32,000 nt of DNA from an uncultured Oscillospiraceae bacterium (GTDB lineage Bacteria > Bacillota > Clostridia > Oscillospirales > Oscillospiraceae), in assembly GCA_934631005.1 (NCBI GenBank), contig CAKTXA010000010.1, positions 33,745 through 65,744 on the forward strand, read 5' to 3'. The notes under the pieces are model-generated. The model was not told the origin of the DNA. It ran no database searches and worked only from the letters and a program-made list of their open reading frames with translations. Of this stretch, positions 16,984 through 25,037 are shown in pieces (within the stretch, counting starts at the first letter, position 1; every line of letters starts with the position of its first letter). The position numbers and the translations under genes were made by a program.

Positions 16984-17721
16984 ATGTATCTGAAAACCGA
17001 GGGTCTGGTGCTGCGCGTAACGCCGTATCAGGAGGCGGACGCGATGCTGAGTGTCCTGACGCGCGAGCAGGGGCTGCTGTCGCTGCGGGCGCGGGGCGTG
17101 CGGCGGGCCAAGAGCCCGCTGAAGGGCGCGTGCCAGCTTTTGGCGTATTCCGAATTTACGATCTTTGAAAACCGCGGCTTTCACACCGTGAACGAGGCCG
17201 CGCCGCTGGAGATGTTTTTGCCCCTGCGGCAGGACCTTGAAAAGCTGACGCTGGCGCAGTATTTTGCGCAGGTGGCGGAGGTCTTATCGCAGGAGGACGC
17301 GCCGCAGTCCGGCATCCTGCCGCTGACGCTCAACGCCATCTACGCGCTGACAAAGCTCGATCTGCCGCAGCGGCAGGTCAAGGCGGTATTTGAGCTGCGG
17401 GCGATGTGCATCTCGGGCTTTCAGCCGGATGTGAGCGGCTGCGCCGTGTGCGGCGCGGAGGAGCCGGAGCGGTTCGACGTGTCGGAAGGGTGCCTTGTGT
17501 GCGCCGGGTGCGGCGGCAGCGGCATCCGGATGCCGCTTGGGCGCGGCGCGCTGGCCGCGATGCGCTACATCACGCTCTGCGAGCCGAAGAAGATTTTTTC
17601 CTTCCGGCTCGAGCCGCAGGCGCTGGACGAGCTGGCGGATATTGCCGAGGCGTACCTCATCACCAAATTGGAGCGGGGCTTTTCCACGCTCGATTTTTAT
17701 AAATCACTACTGTTACTTTAG
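16984..17721 (+). CDS. recO: DNA repair protein RecO
   Basis: The N-terminal OB-fold region reads MYLKTEGLVLRVTPYQEAD. A CxxC...CxxC zinc module is present (CAVCG...CAGCG). It follows era in the usual synteny. Confidence 0.9.
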   Translation: MYLKTEGLVLRVTPYQEADAMLSVLTREQGLLSLRARGVRRAKSPLKGACQLLAYSEFTIFENRGFHTVNEAAPLEMFLPLRQDLEKLTLAQYFAQVAEVLSQEDAPQSGILPLTLNAIYALTKLDLPQRQVKAVFELRAMCISGFQPDVSGCAVCGAEEPERFDVSEGCLVCAGCGGSGIRMPLGRGALAAMRYITLCEPKKIFSFRLEPQALDELADIAEAYLITKLERGFSTLDFYKSLLLL

Positions 17722-17724
17722 GAA

Positions 17725-20103
17725 ATGGATATGGACGAACTGTTTGAAAAGTCGTTAAGAAAACTGGAGCTTGACAAGGTACTGGAGCTGCTGGCCGAGC
17801 AGGCGTCGTGCGCCGCGGCCAAGGAGCGCTGCCGGAAAACCGTGCCGCTGACAGGCGCGGACGAGATCCGCGCGCTGCAGGAGCAGACGAGCGCCGCCTG
17901 CAAGCTCATCTCCCTCAAGGGCACGCCCGGCCTTGCCGGAGCGCGGGACGTGGGGGCGTCGCTGCTGCGCGCGGAGCGCGGGGGCGTTCTGAGCGCGGAA
18001 GAATTATTGCAGATCGGCGGCGTGCTCAAGTGCGCGCGGCAGGTCAAAAATTACGCCGACGGCGACAGCGTGGAGACCGTGCTCGACGTGTGGTTTTTCC
18101 AGCTGATGGCGAATAAATATCTGGAGGACCGCATCTTTACTGCCATCGTCTCCAAGGACGAGATCGCCGACGCGGCAAGCTCCGAGCTGGCGGCCATCCG
18201 GCGGAAAATTCGGCAGCAGAGCGTAAAAATTCGCGAATCGCTGCAAAAGATCATCTCCTCGCCGTCGTATGCAAAGTATTTGCAGGAGCCGATCATCACC
18301 ATCCGTTCCGACCGGTTTGTGGTGCCGGTGAAGAGCGAGTTCAAAAACAACATCCCGGGCCTCGTGCACGACGTGTCGTCATCCGGCAGCACGTTTTTCA
18401 TCGAGCCCATGCAGGCGGTGAACGCCAACAACGACCTGCGCGAGCTGCTCATCGCCGAGCGCAAGGAGATCGAGCGCATCCTCGCCGAGCTCTCGGCGCA
18501 GGCCGCGGACTGGCGCGAGCATATCGAGACGAACTACCGCGTGCTCGTGCAGCTCGACTGCATCTTCGCGCGGGCGCGGCTGTCATTCGCAATGCGCGCC
18601 ATCGAGCCGAAGATCACGGAGGATGAGATCATCGTTTTGAACCGCGCCCGCCATCCGCTCATCGACCCCAAAACGGTCGTGCCCATCACGCTGACGCTGG
18701 GGCAGGACTTTGACACGCTCATCATCACCGGCCCCAACACCGGCGGCAAGACCGTCACGCTCAAAACGATCGGCCTGCTCACGCTCATGGCGCAGTGCGG
18801 GCTGCATATTCCGGCGGACGACGGCAGCAGCGTGGGCGTTTTTACGCGGGTGCTTGCCGACATCGGCGACGAGCAGTCGATCGAGCAGTCGCTGTCCACG
18901 TTCTCGGCACATATGAAAAACATCGTGGAGATCGTCCGCGTGTGCGAGCCGGGGGCGCTGGTGCTGTTTGACGAGCTGGGCGCGGGCACCGACCCCGCCG
19001 AGGGCGCGGCGCTGGCGATGGCGCTCATCGAATACTGCCGCAAAAACGGCGCAAGGGTCGCCGCCACCACGCACTATGCCGAGCTCAAGGTCTACGCCAT
19101 GCGGACAGACCGCGTGAGCAACGCCTCGTGCGAGTTCGACGTGGAGACGCTGCAGCCGACGTACCGGCTGCTGGTGGGCGTGCCCGGAAAATCAAACGCG
19201 TTCGCCATTTCGCGCAGGCTTGGTTTGCAGGCGGACATTCTCGACAAGGCAAAGAGCCTTGTCAGCCAGAACGACTCCGACTTTGAGGATGTGCTCTCGC
19301 AGCTGGAGCAGCAGCGCCAGCAGATGGAGCAGGCGCGCGCCGAGGCCGAGCAGCTGCGGCAGCAGACGCTCCAGCAGCAGCAGAAAAGCGAGGAGTATTT
19401 CGACCAGATCAAGCGCGAGCGCGACAAGGCCGTGCAGCAGGCCAGGCGCGAAGCGCAGTACATCATCGACGACGCGCGCCGCACGGCGAACGCCGTATAT
19501 GAAGAGCTCAAGCAGCTGCGCCGCCAGATGAAGGACAGCGCCGACGTGCAGAACTCCAACGAGCGGCAGGCCGCGCTGCGCCACGCGCTCAATGAGGCGG
19601 AGGACCGGCTGGTCGACAAGCCGCAGGCGAAAAAGCGCCCCGCCGCCACGCGCGCCATCCGCGCGGGCGACACGGTGGAGCTGCTGAAATACGGCTCCAA
19701 AGCGACGGTGCTGAGCATCACGAAGGACGGGAGTCTCGAGCTGCAGGCGGGTATTATGAAGCTCACGGCAAAGCCCGACGAGGTCGCGCTGCTGGAAGAT
19801 CAACCGCAGGGGAACGCGAAGAAGATCATAGAGCACAAGGCGCGCGAGCTGAAGGCCGCCGCGTCGCCGGAGCTGGACATCCGCGGTATGGCGGCGGATG
19901 AGGCGATGCCGGTGCTCGACCAGTTCCTCGACAGTGCGTACCTTGCGAATCTGCCGTCGGTGCGCATCATCCACGGCAAGGGCACGGGCGTGCTGCGCGC
20001 CGCGGTGCACGATGAGCTGCGCCGGTGCAAATATGTAAAATCGTTCCGCCTCGGCGTTTACGGCGAGGGCGAGACCGGCGTGACCATCGCGGAGTTCAAA
20101 TAA
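17725..20103 (+). CDS. mutS2: Endonuclease MutS2 (MutS domain V ATPase with a C-terminal Smr domain)
   Basis: Walker A is GPNTGGKT, followed by STFSAHM and DELGAGTDP. There is a long Gln/Arg-rich coiled coil. The C-terminal Smr domain reads LDIRGMAADEA...IIHGKGTGVLR. Confidence 0.92.
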   Translation: MDMDELFEKSLRKLELDKVLELLAEQASCAAAKERCRKTVPLTGADEIRALQEQTSAACKLISLKGTPGLAGARDVGASLLRAERGGVLSAEELLQIGGVLKCARQVKNYADGDSVETVLDVWFFQLMANKYLEDRIFTAIVSKDEIADAASSELAAIRRKIRQQSVKIRESLQKIISSPSYAKYLQEPIITIRSDRFVVPVKSEFKNNIPGLVHDVSSSGSTFFIEPMQAVNANNDLRELLIAERKEIERILAELSAQAADWREHIETNYRVLVQLDCIFARARLSFAMRAIEPKITEDEIIVLNRARHPLIDPKTVVPITLTLGQDFDTLIITGPNTGGKTVTLKTIGLLTLMAQCGLHIPADDGSSVGVFTRVLADIGDEQSIEQSLSTFSAHMKNIVEIVRVCEPGALVLFDELGAGTDPAEGAALAMALIEYCRKNGARVAATTHYAELKVYAMRTDRVSNASCEFDVETLQPTYRLLVGVPGKSNAFAISRRLGLQADILDKAKSLVSQNDSDFEDVLSQLEQQRQQMEQARAEAEQLRQQTLQQQQKSEEYFDQIKRERDKAVQQARREAQYIIDDARRTANAVYEELKQLRRQMKDSADVQNSNERQAALRHALNEAEDRLVDKPQAKKRPAATRAIRAGDTVELLKYGSKATVLSITKDGSLELQAGIMKLTAKPDEVALLEDQPQGNAKKIIEHKARELKAAASPELDIRGMAADEAMPVLDQFLDSAYLANLPSVRIIHGKGTGVLRAAVHDELRRCKYVKSFRLGVYGEGETGVTIAEFK

Positions 20104-20106
20104 GTA

Positions 20107-20134
20107 TTGACTTTTTTTGAATTTTTGCTAATAT
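20107..20134 (+). promoter_or_regulatory. Candidate sigma-A promoter for the HPr-like gene
   Basis: TTGACT (20107-20112) is followed by a 16-nt spacer ending in TGC, then TAATAT (20129-20134), which is an extended -10 arrangement. Confidence 0.5.
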
Positions 20135-20198
20135 TGTAAGCAAGAATGTGCACGAAAAAAACCTGAGGTAAAGAGCGGATTTATAAGGAGTGGCAACT

Positions 20199-20459
20199 AT
20201 GTATATGCAGCAATCCATTGTCAAATGCGAGTCGGGGCTCTACAATCGCCAGGCGACGTACTTCATCCAGAAGGCGAATGAGTTCAAGTCCAGCATCTGG
20301 ATCGAGGTCGAGGATCGCAAGATCAATGCAAAGAGCCTGCTCGGCGTTTTGTCCATGGGCATCACGAAGGGCACGCGCGTGAGCATCCTTGCGGAAGGCC
20401 CGGATGAGGAAGAGGCCGTCAACGCGCTGACGGAAATGCTCGTCAAGGAAATTTTCTGA
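20199..20459 (+). CDS. HPr-family protein lacking the His15 phosphorylation site (Crh-like; Tyr15, Ser46 retained)
   Basis: It aligns with HPr and Crh: GLYNRQA against GIHARPA, and KINAKSLLGVLSMG against KVNLKSIMGVMSLG. With the ATG at 20199 (AAGGAG 8 nt upstream), residue 15 is Tyr (TAC at 20241-20243) and residue 46 is Ser. Confidence 0.8.
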   Translation: MYMQQSIVKCESGLYNRQATYFIQKANEFKSSIWIEVEDRKINAKSLLGVLSMGITKGTRVSILAEGPDEEEAVNALTEMLVKEIF

Positions 20460-20473
20460 TCCACCGAAGGAAC

Positions 20474-20513
20474 GCCGCCTCAAAAACCTTGCGTTTTTGA
20501 GGCGGCTTTATTT
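20474..20513 (+). terminator. Intrinsic terminator-like hairpin after the HPr-like gene
   Basis: A 13-bp perfect stem, GCCGCCTCAAAAA / TTTTTGAGGCGGC, is followed by TTTATTT. It ends about 5 nt before the uvrC ATG. Confidence 0.7.
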
Positions 20514-20518
20514 AGACC

Positions 20519-22351
20519 ATGACTTTTGAAGAACTGAAGGACAAGGCGCTCTCCCTGCCGTTGGAGCCGGGCGTGTACCTGATGCAGGACAAGTCCGGGC
20601 AGATCATTTACGTCGGCAAGGCGAAAAAGCTCAAAAACCGCGTGAGCCAGTATTTTCAGGATTCCAGCGCCCACTCGCCCAAAACACGCAAAATGGTCAG
20701 CCAGATCGACCATTTTGACGTGATCGTGGCGGCGTCGGAATTTGAGGCGCTGGTGCTGGAATGCTCGCTCATCAAGCGGCATATGCCGAAATACAACATC
20801 CTGCTCAAGGATGACAAGGGCTATCCGTATCTGCGCGTCGATCTGCGGGAAGAATACCCGGTGATGGAGCTGGTCAGCCGCGTGCAGGACGACGGCGCGC
20901 GCTATTTTGGCCCCTACGGCGGCCGGTCCGTGACGCAGAGCGTCATCGACACGCTGCGGCTGTGCCTGAAGCTGCCAGGCTGCGGCAAAAAATTCCCGCG
21001 CGACGTCGGAAAGGACCGGCCGTGCCTGAATTTTCATATGAACAACTGCGATGGCTGGTGCCAGCCCTCGCGCTCCGCCGAGGACTACCGCGCGCGGATG
21101 GAGCAGGCCGTGATGATGCTCGACGGCAAATACGGCGAGCTGACGGCCGATCTGCAGCGGCAGATGGAGGAGGCGTCGGACAAGCTCGAATTCGAGCGCG
21201 CCGCCGTCCTGCGCGACCGGATGCGCGCCGTGCAGTCGCTCAGCCAGAAGCAGCTCGTCACGGCGGGCACGATGGCGAACACCGACGTCATCGGCTACTA
21301 CCAGAGCGAGGCGCGGGCGTGCTTTGCAGTCCTGCACTATGTGGACGGGAGCCTGTTGGACAAGGACTATGAGCTCCTGCCCCCGGCGGATGAGCGGCAG
21401 GAGGCGCTCTCGTCGCTCGTGAAGCAGTATTATCTGGTGCGCGGCGCGGCGCCCAAGCAGATCCTGCTGCCGTTTTCGATGGACGACGCGGAGCTGTTCG
21501 AGCAGCTTCTTTTTCAGCAGCTGCACAAAAAGGTGCACATCCGCGTGCCGCAGCGCGGCGACGGTGTGCGCATGATGGAGCTGGCGCAGAAAAATGCCCG
21601 CGAGGAGGCCGAGCGCGTGACCACGCGCGCCGAGCGCCTGACGGGGGCGCTTTCGCAGCTGGGCGCGATGATGCATCTGCCGGAGCCGCCGCGCAGGCTC
21701 GAGAGCTACGATATTTCCAACACCGCCGGGACGGACATCGTCTCATCCATGGTGGTGTTTGTGGACGGAAAGCCGAGCAAGAAGGACTATAAGCACTTCA
21801 AGATCGAGGGGCTTTCCGATCAGGACGACTATGCGTCCATGCGCCAGACGCTGCACCGGCGCTTTGCGCACTATCAGGCCGGGGACGCCGGCTTTGACGC
21901 AGCGCCGGACGCGCTGCTCATCGACGGCGGGCAGGAGCACGCGCGGTGTGTGCGGGACGAGCTGGCGGCGATGGGGCTGTCGTTCCCGATCTTCGGCATG
22001 GTGAAGGACAACCGCCACCGCACGCGCGCGCTCGTCACGCCCGACGGCGCGGAGCTGAGCCTGACGGCGCAGCCGGCGGTGTTTGCCCTCATCGGGCGCA
22101 TCCAGGAGGAGACGCACCGCTTCGCCATCACGTATCACCGGCTGCTGCGCAGCCGCCATGTGCGCACTTCGGCGCTGGAGAAGATCGCGGGCATCGGCCC
22201 GAAGCGGCGGCAGGATCTGCTGCGGTATTTTAAGTCCGTCGGCGCCATCCGCGCGGCGAGCATCGAGCAGCTGGCCGAGATCGTGCCGCAGAATGCGGCG
22301 GAGGCCGTCTGGAAGCATTTTCACGACGAGGAAGGGGAGACACAGCCATGA
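20519..22351 (+). CDS. uvrC: Excinuclease ABC subunit C
   Basis: The GIY-YIG N-terminus reads PGVYLMQDKSGQIIYVGKAKKLKNRVSQYF. A UVR domain, an endonuclease V-like domain and a C-terminal (HhH)2 domain (IAGIGPKRRQDLL) are present. Confidence 0.93.
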   Translation: MTFEELKDKALSLPLEPGVYLMQDKSGQIIYVGKAKKLKNRVSQYFQDSSAHSPKTRKMVSQIDHFDVIVAASEFEALVLECSLIKRHMPKYNILLKDDKGYPYLRVDLREEYPVMELVSRVQDDGARYFGPYGGRSVTQSVIDTLRLCLKLPGCGKKFPRDVGKDRPCLNFHMNNCDGWCQPSRSAEDYRARMEQAVMMLDGKYGELTADLQRQMEEASDKLEFERAAVLRDRMRAVQSLSQKQLVTAGTMANTDVIGYYQSEARACFAVLHYVDGSLLDKDYELLPPADERQEALSSLVKQYYLVRGAAPKQILLPFSMDDAELFEQLLFQQLHKKVHIRVPQRGDGVRMMELAQKNAREEAERVTTRAERLTGALSQLGAMMHLPEPPRRLESYDISNTAGTDIVSSMVVFVDGKPSKKDYKHFKIEGLSDQDDYASMRQTLHRRFAHYQAGDAGFDAAPDALLIDGGQEHARCVRDELAAMGLSFPIFGMVKDNRHRTRALVTPDGAELSLTAQPAVFALIGRIQEETHRFAITYHRLLRSRHVRTSALEKIAGIGPKRRQDLLRYFKSVGAIRAASIEQLAEIVPQNAAEAVWKHFHDEEGETQP

Positions 22352-22908
22352 GAGTCATCACCGGTACCGCGCGCAGCACGCCGCTGAAAGCGCCGAAGGG
22401 GCTGGATACCCGCCCGACGCTCGATCAGGTGAAGGAGGGGCTGTTCTCCGCCATCCAGTTTGAGGTGGAGGGCGCGCGGGCGCTCGACCTGTTTGCGGGC
22501 TCGGGCCAGCTCGGCATCGAAGCGCTCAGCCGCGGCGCGGCGCGGGCGGTTTTTGTGGACTGCCGCCGCGAGGCGCTGGACGTGGTGCGTGAAAATCTCG
22601 CGAAAACGCGGCTGGATGGCCGCGCACAGGTCGTGCGGATGGACTATATGGCGTACCTCGCTTCCTGCCGGGAGCAGTTCGACCTTATCTTCCTCGACCC
22701 GCCGTATGCAGAGATTTTTCTGGAAAATGCATTAAATCGCATATCGCAAATTGACATTTTATCGCATCGTGGTATAATAATCTGCGAAAGACCGCTTGAA
22801 AAGCAGCTTCCGGAGCGCTTCGGCGCGCTGGCGTGTACCAAAACCTATCGCTACGGCAAAACGGCGGTGTCGCTTTACAGATGGGCGCCGGGGAGTGAAA
22901 CGACATGA
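22348..22908 (+). CDS. rsmD: 16S rRNA (guanine966-N2)-methyltransferase RsmD
   Basis: It has RPTLDQVKEGLFS, LDLFAGSGQLGIEALSRGA and the FLDPPY motif. Its ATG overlaps the uvrC stop codon in an ATGA arrangement. Confidence 0.88.
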   Translation: MRVITGTARSTPLKAPKGLDTRPTLDQVKEGLFSAIQFEVEGARALDLFAGSGQLGIEALSRGAARAVFVDCRREALDVVRENLAKTRLDGRAQVVRMDYMAYLASCREQFDLIFLDPPYAEIFLENALNRISQIDILSHRGIIICERPLEKQLPERFGALACTKTYRYGKTAVSLYRWAPGSETT

Positions 22909-23396
22909 ATACTGCGATCTATCCCGGCAGCTTTGATCCGGTCACGAACGGGCATTTGAACATCATCCGCCGCGCGGCAAAGAGCTTTGACAGGCTCATC
23001 GTCTGCGTGATGGTCAATCACGACAAAAGGCCGATGTTCACCGCCGAGGAGCGTGTGGAGCTGCTGCGGCGCGTGACGGCCGATATTCCGAACGTGGAGA
23101 TCGCCCACTCCGACCGGCTGCTGGCGGAGTTCGCGCGTGAGCGCGGCTGCGGCGTGATCGTCAAGGGGCTGCGCGCAATGTCCGACTTTGAGCGCGAGTT
23201 CCAGATGGCGCTCATCAACCGTAAGCTCAATCCGGGGCTTGACACCATGTTTTTGACTGCGGAACACCAGTTTATGTACCTCAGCTCCAGCATTGTCAAG
23301 GAGATGGGGCGCTATGACGCCGATCTGCGGGAATTTCTGCCCGAGCAGATCATTGACGATTTTCGCTCCCGCCTGGCGGAGCTGAACAAGAAGTAA
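22905..23396 (+). CDS. coaD: Pantetheine-phosphate adenylyltransferase
   Basis: It has YPGSFDPVTNGHLNII, KGLRAMSDFEREFQMA and the SSSIVKE motif. Its ATG overlaps the rsmD stop codon in an ATGA arrangement. Confidence 0.93.
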   Translation: MNTAIYPGSFDPVTNGHLNIIRRAAKSFDRLIVCVMVNHDKRPMFTAEERVELLRRVTADIPNVEIAHSDRLLAEFARERGCGVIVKGLRAMSDFEREFQMALINRKLNPGLDTMFLTAEHQFMYLSSSIVKEMGRYDADLREFLPEQIIDDFRSRLAELNKK

Positions 23397-23550
23397 CCGC
23401 TGATCCAATCGTCTGCGGTCATCAGCGGATCTTTTGCCCCAACTGTGCAGTTTGAAAAACGCGAAATACACAAAGTATTCCTGCGTTTTCCAAACTTTCA
23501 TTTGAACCAAAATCTCTCGCTGATGCCTCTTGTCGATCGAATCAGCGGTT
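23395..23550. repeat. Nested inverted repeats: two CGCTGAT-N16-ATCAGCG hairpins flanking a long AT-rich hairpin
   Basis: CCGCTGAT (23397-23404) pairs with ATCAGCGG (23421-23428). CGCTGAT (23518-23524) pairs with ATCAGCG (23541-23547). The outer 10-mers AACCGCTGAT (23395-23404) and ATCAGCGGTT (23541-23550) are perfect inverted copies. The central imperfect hairpin spans 23450-23495. Confidence 0.6.
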
Positions 23551-23573
23551 ACTTGCAGTAAGGAGGACCAACT

Positions 23574-24071
23574 ATGGCAAACGGAGTAGAGGAGATCATT
23601 ACCACCCTGTATGAGATGGTGCAGGACGCGTGGAGCCTGCCGCTGGGGGCGGAAAAATGCGTGGTCGAGCGCGACAAGGTGCTCGATCTGCTCGATGAGA
23701 TCAGCAACCAGCTCCCGGGTGAGCTGAAGCAGGCCAAGACCATTGTGGAATCCCGCAACGAGGTCATCACCAACGCCAAGCGCGAGGCGGAGAATATCCT
23801 GAAGCAGGCCGAGCAGCGCGCCAAGCAGATGGTCTCCCGTGAGGAGATCTACCGTCAGGCCGAGAAGGAGGCCAACGACATGATCCGCGCTGCGCAGCAG
23901 AAGATCAAGGAGCTGCGGCAGGTCACGAACGACTATGTGGACGATGCGATGAAGCGCACGGAGGACTCCATTGCGCAGTCGCTGTCCGATCTGCGCGAGT
24001 CGCGCGCCAAGTTCCGCGCGCTCGTAAATCCGCAGGCGGCCAAGCCGTCGCCCATCATCGAGGACGTCTGA
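23574..24071 (+). CDS. Coiled-coil protein of unknown function (resembles ATPase subunit b/H-like helical proteins)
   Basis: The strong RBS AAGGAGG lies 8 nt upstream of the ATG. It encodes a 165-aa, mostly heptad-like charged helix (KREAENILKQAEQRAKQM...KEANDMIRAAQQKIKEL). Codon usage resembles the neighbouring genes. Confidence 0.65.
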   Translation: MANGVEEIITTLYEMVQDAWSLPLGAEKCVVERDKVLDLLDEISNQLPGELKQAKTIVESRNEVITNAKREAENILKQAEQRAKQMVSREEIYRQAEKEANDMIRAAQQKIKELRQVTNDYVDDAMKRTEDSIAQSLSDLRESRAKFRALVNPQAAKPSPIIEDV

Positions 24072-24094
24072 GCGCGTCCATCCATACCGCCACA

Positions 24095-24322
24095 GGCTGG
24101 GATGAGGAAGAGTACGACTGAGATCTCCGTACAGAGAGAAGGCGTCTGGTGCGAGCCTTTCGGAGACTGTTCGGAACGTCGCCTCGGAGCCGCAGACTGA
24201 ACAAAAGTAGGTCTTGCCGGGCGCTCCCGTTACAGAGCGAAGAGCGCCCGCAGTGCGGGAACTCAGGTGGTACCACGGAGCAAAGCTTCGCCCTGAACTT
24301 AATCGGTTCAGGGCGTTTTTTT
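24095..24322 (+). promoter_or_regulatory. T-box riboswitch leader, probable valine specifier (GUC)
   Basis: The Stem I base has a GA/K-turn (GGCTGGGATGAGG ... CCTCGGAGCC). Also present are the AGAGTA motif, the AG bulge AGAGAG and the distal loop GTCTGGTGCGA. The specifier loop reads GAA-C-GTC-G, with GTC at 24178-24180. The F-box CCGTTA is at 24227-24232. The T-box core GGTGGTACC is at 24266-24274. The terminator stem CGCCCTGAAC/GTTCAGGGCG is followed by 7 T residues (24289-24322). Confidence 0.85.
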
Positions 24323-24365
24323 GACGGCGAAGCCGGTTATAAAGAGAAAGAAAAGGAGCAGACAA

Positions 24366-25013
24366 ATGCAGACAGAATATGTATTTGCCCCCAGCAATTA
24401 CGCGATGGATCTGGAAGGCGAGCTTGCAAAGGCTTTGCAGGCGCGCACGGAGCTGGTCTCCCGCAGGCGCAACCCCAAGCTCTGGCGGCTGACCGATCAG
24501 ATGCAGCGCTTTGCCGAGGAAGGCCCGCAGCGGAAGGAGCTGCAGCGGCGGCGGGTGATCGGGTACGTGATGACGGCGGTGCTGTTCATCGCGGCGGCGG
24601 CGCTGCTGGTGTTCGGCTTTCTGGAGCCGCGCGACCGGCGGATGATCGCCATCGGCGGCGTGTGTATGCTGCTGGCCCTGTCGCGCGTGCTGCCGCTCGT
24701 GACGGGCAGCTCCATCACGCGCTTTGCCAAGGCCGCGCACCAGCATCTGACGAGCCTGCGCGCGGCGGATTTTTCGCAGAAGCCGACCATCCGCTTTACG
24801 GAGGACGGCATGCGCATCCAGTCGAACCTCGGCGGCAAGGACTATGATTACGACACCATGGAGGCCTTTGTGGAGACGCCGCGGCTGTTTCTGCTGACGC
24901 ACAGCGGCGCGGCGACGGTCTTGCAGAAGCAGGACCTGGTGCTCGGCACGCCGGAGGAATTCAAGGACTTTTTCCTGTCCCATGCAAAGCCGCTGTCTGC
25001 CGAATTAGTTTAA
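24366..25013 (+). CDS. YcxB-like membrane protein (two TM helices plus a C-terminal bacterial PH-like domain)
   Basis: AAAAGGAG lies 7 nt upstream of the ATG at 24366. The TM helices are VIGYVMTAVLFIAAAALLVFGFL and IAIGGVCMLLALSRVLPLV. The C-terminal pattern F.EDG....Y....F.ET..LFLL......VL.K is typical of the YcxB family. Confidence 0.65.
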   Translation: MQTEYVFAPSNYAMDLEGELAKALQARTELVSRRRNPKLWRLTDQMQRFAEEGPQRKELQRRRVIGYVMTAVLFIAAAALLVFGFLEPRDRRMIAIGGVCMLLALSRVLPLVTGSSITRFAKAAHQHLTSLRAADFSQKPTIRFTEDGMRIQSNLGGKDYDYDTMEAFVETPRLFLLTHSGAATVLQKQDLVLGTPEEFKDFFLSHAKPLSAELV

Positions 25014-25037
25014 GAAATCAAATTTAGGAGATACACC

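Noticed and set aside
20460-20518. I looked for a LexA/Cheo-type SOS box (GAAC-N4-GTTC) upstream of uvrC, and likewise upstream of pcrA and recO.
   Set aside because: No such palindrome is present in these upstream regions. Only a single GAAC half-site occurs near 20470.
24321-24365. An N-terminal extension of the YcxB-like ORF would start at the listed TTG at 24321.
   Set aside because: This start would lie within the T-run of the T-box terminator and has no RBS. The ATG at 24366 has AAAAGGAG at ideal spacing.
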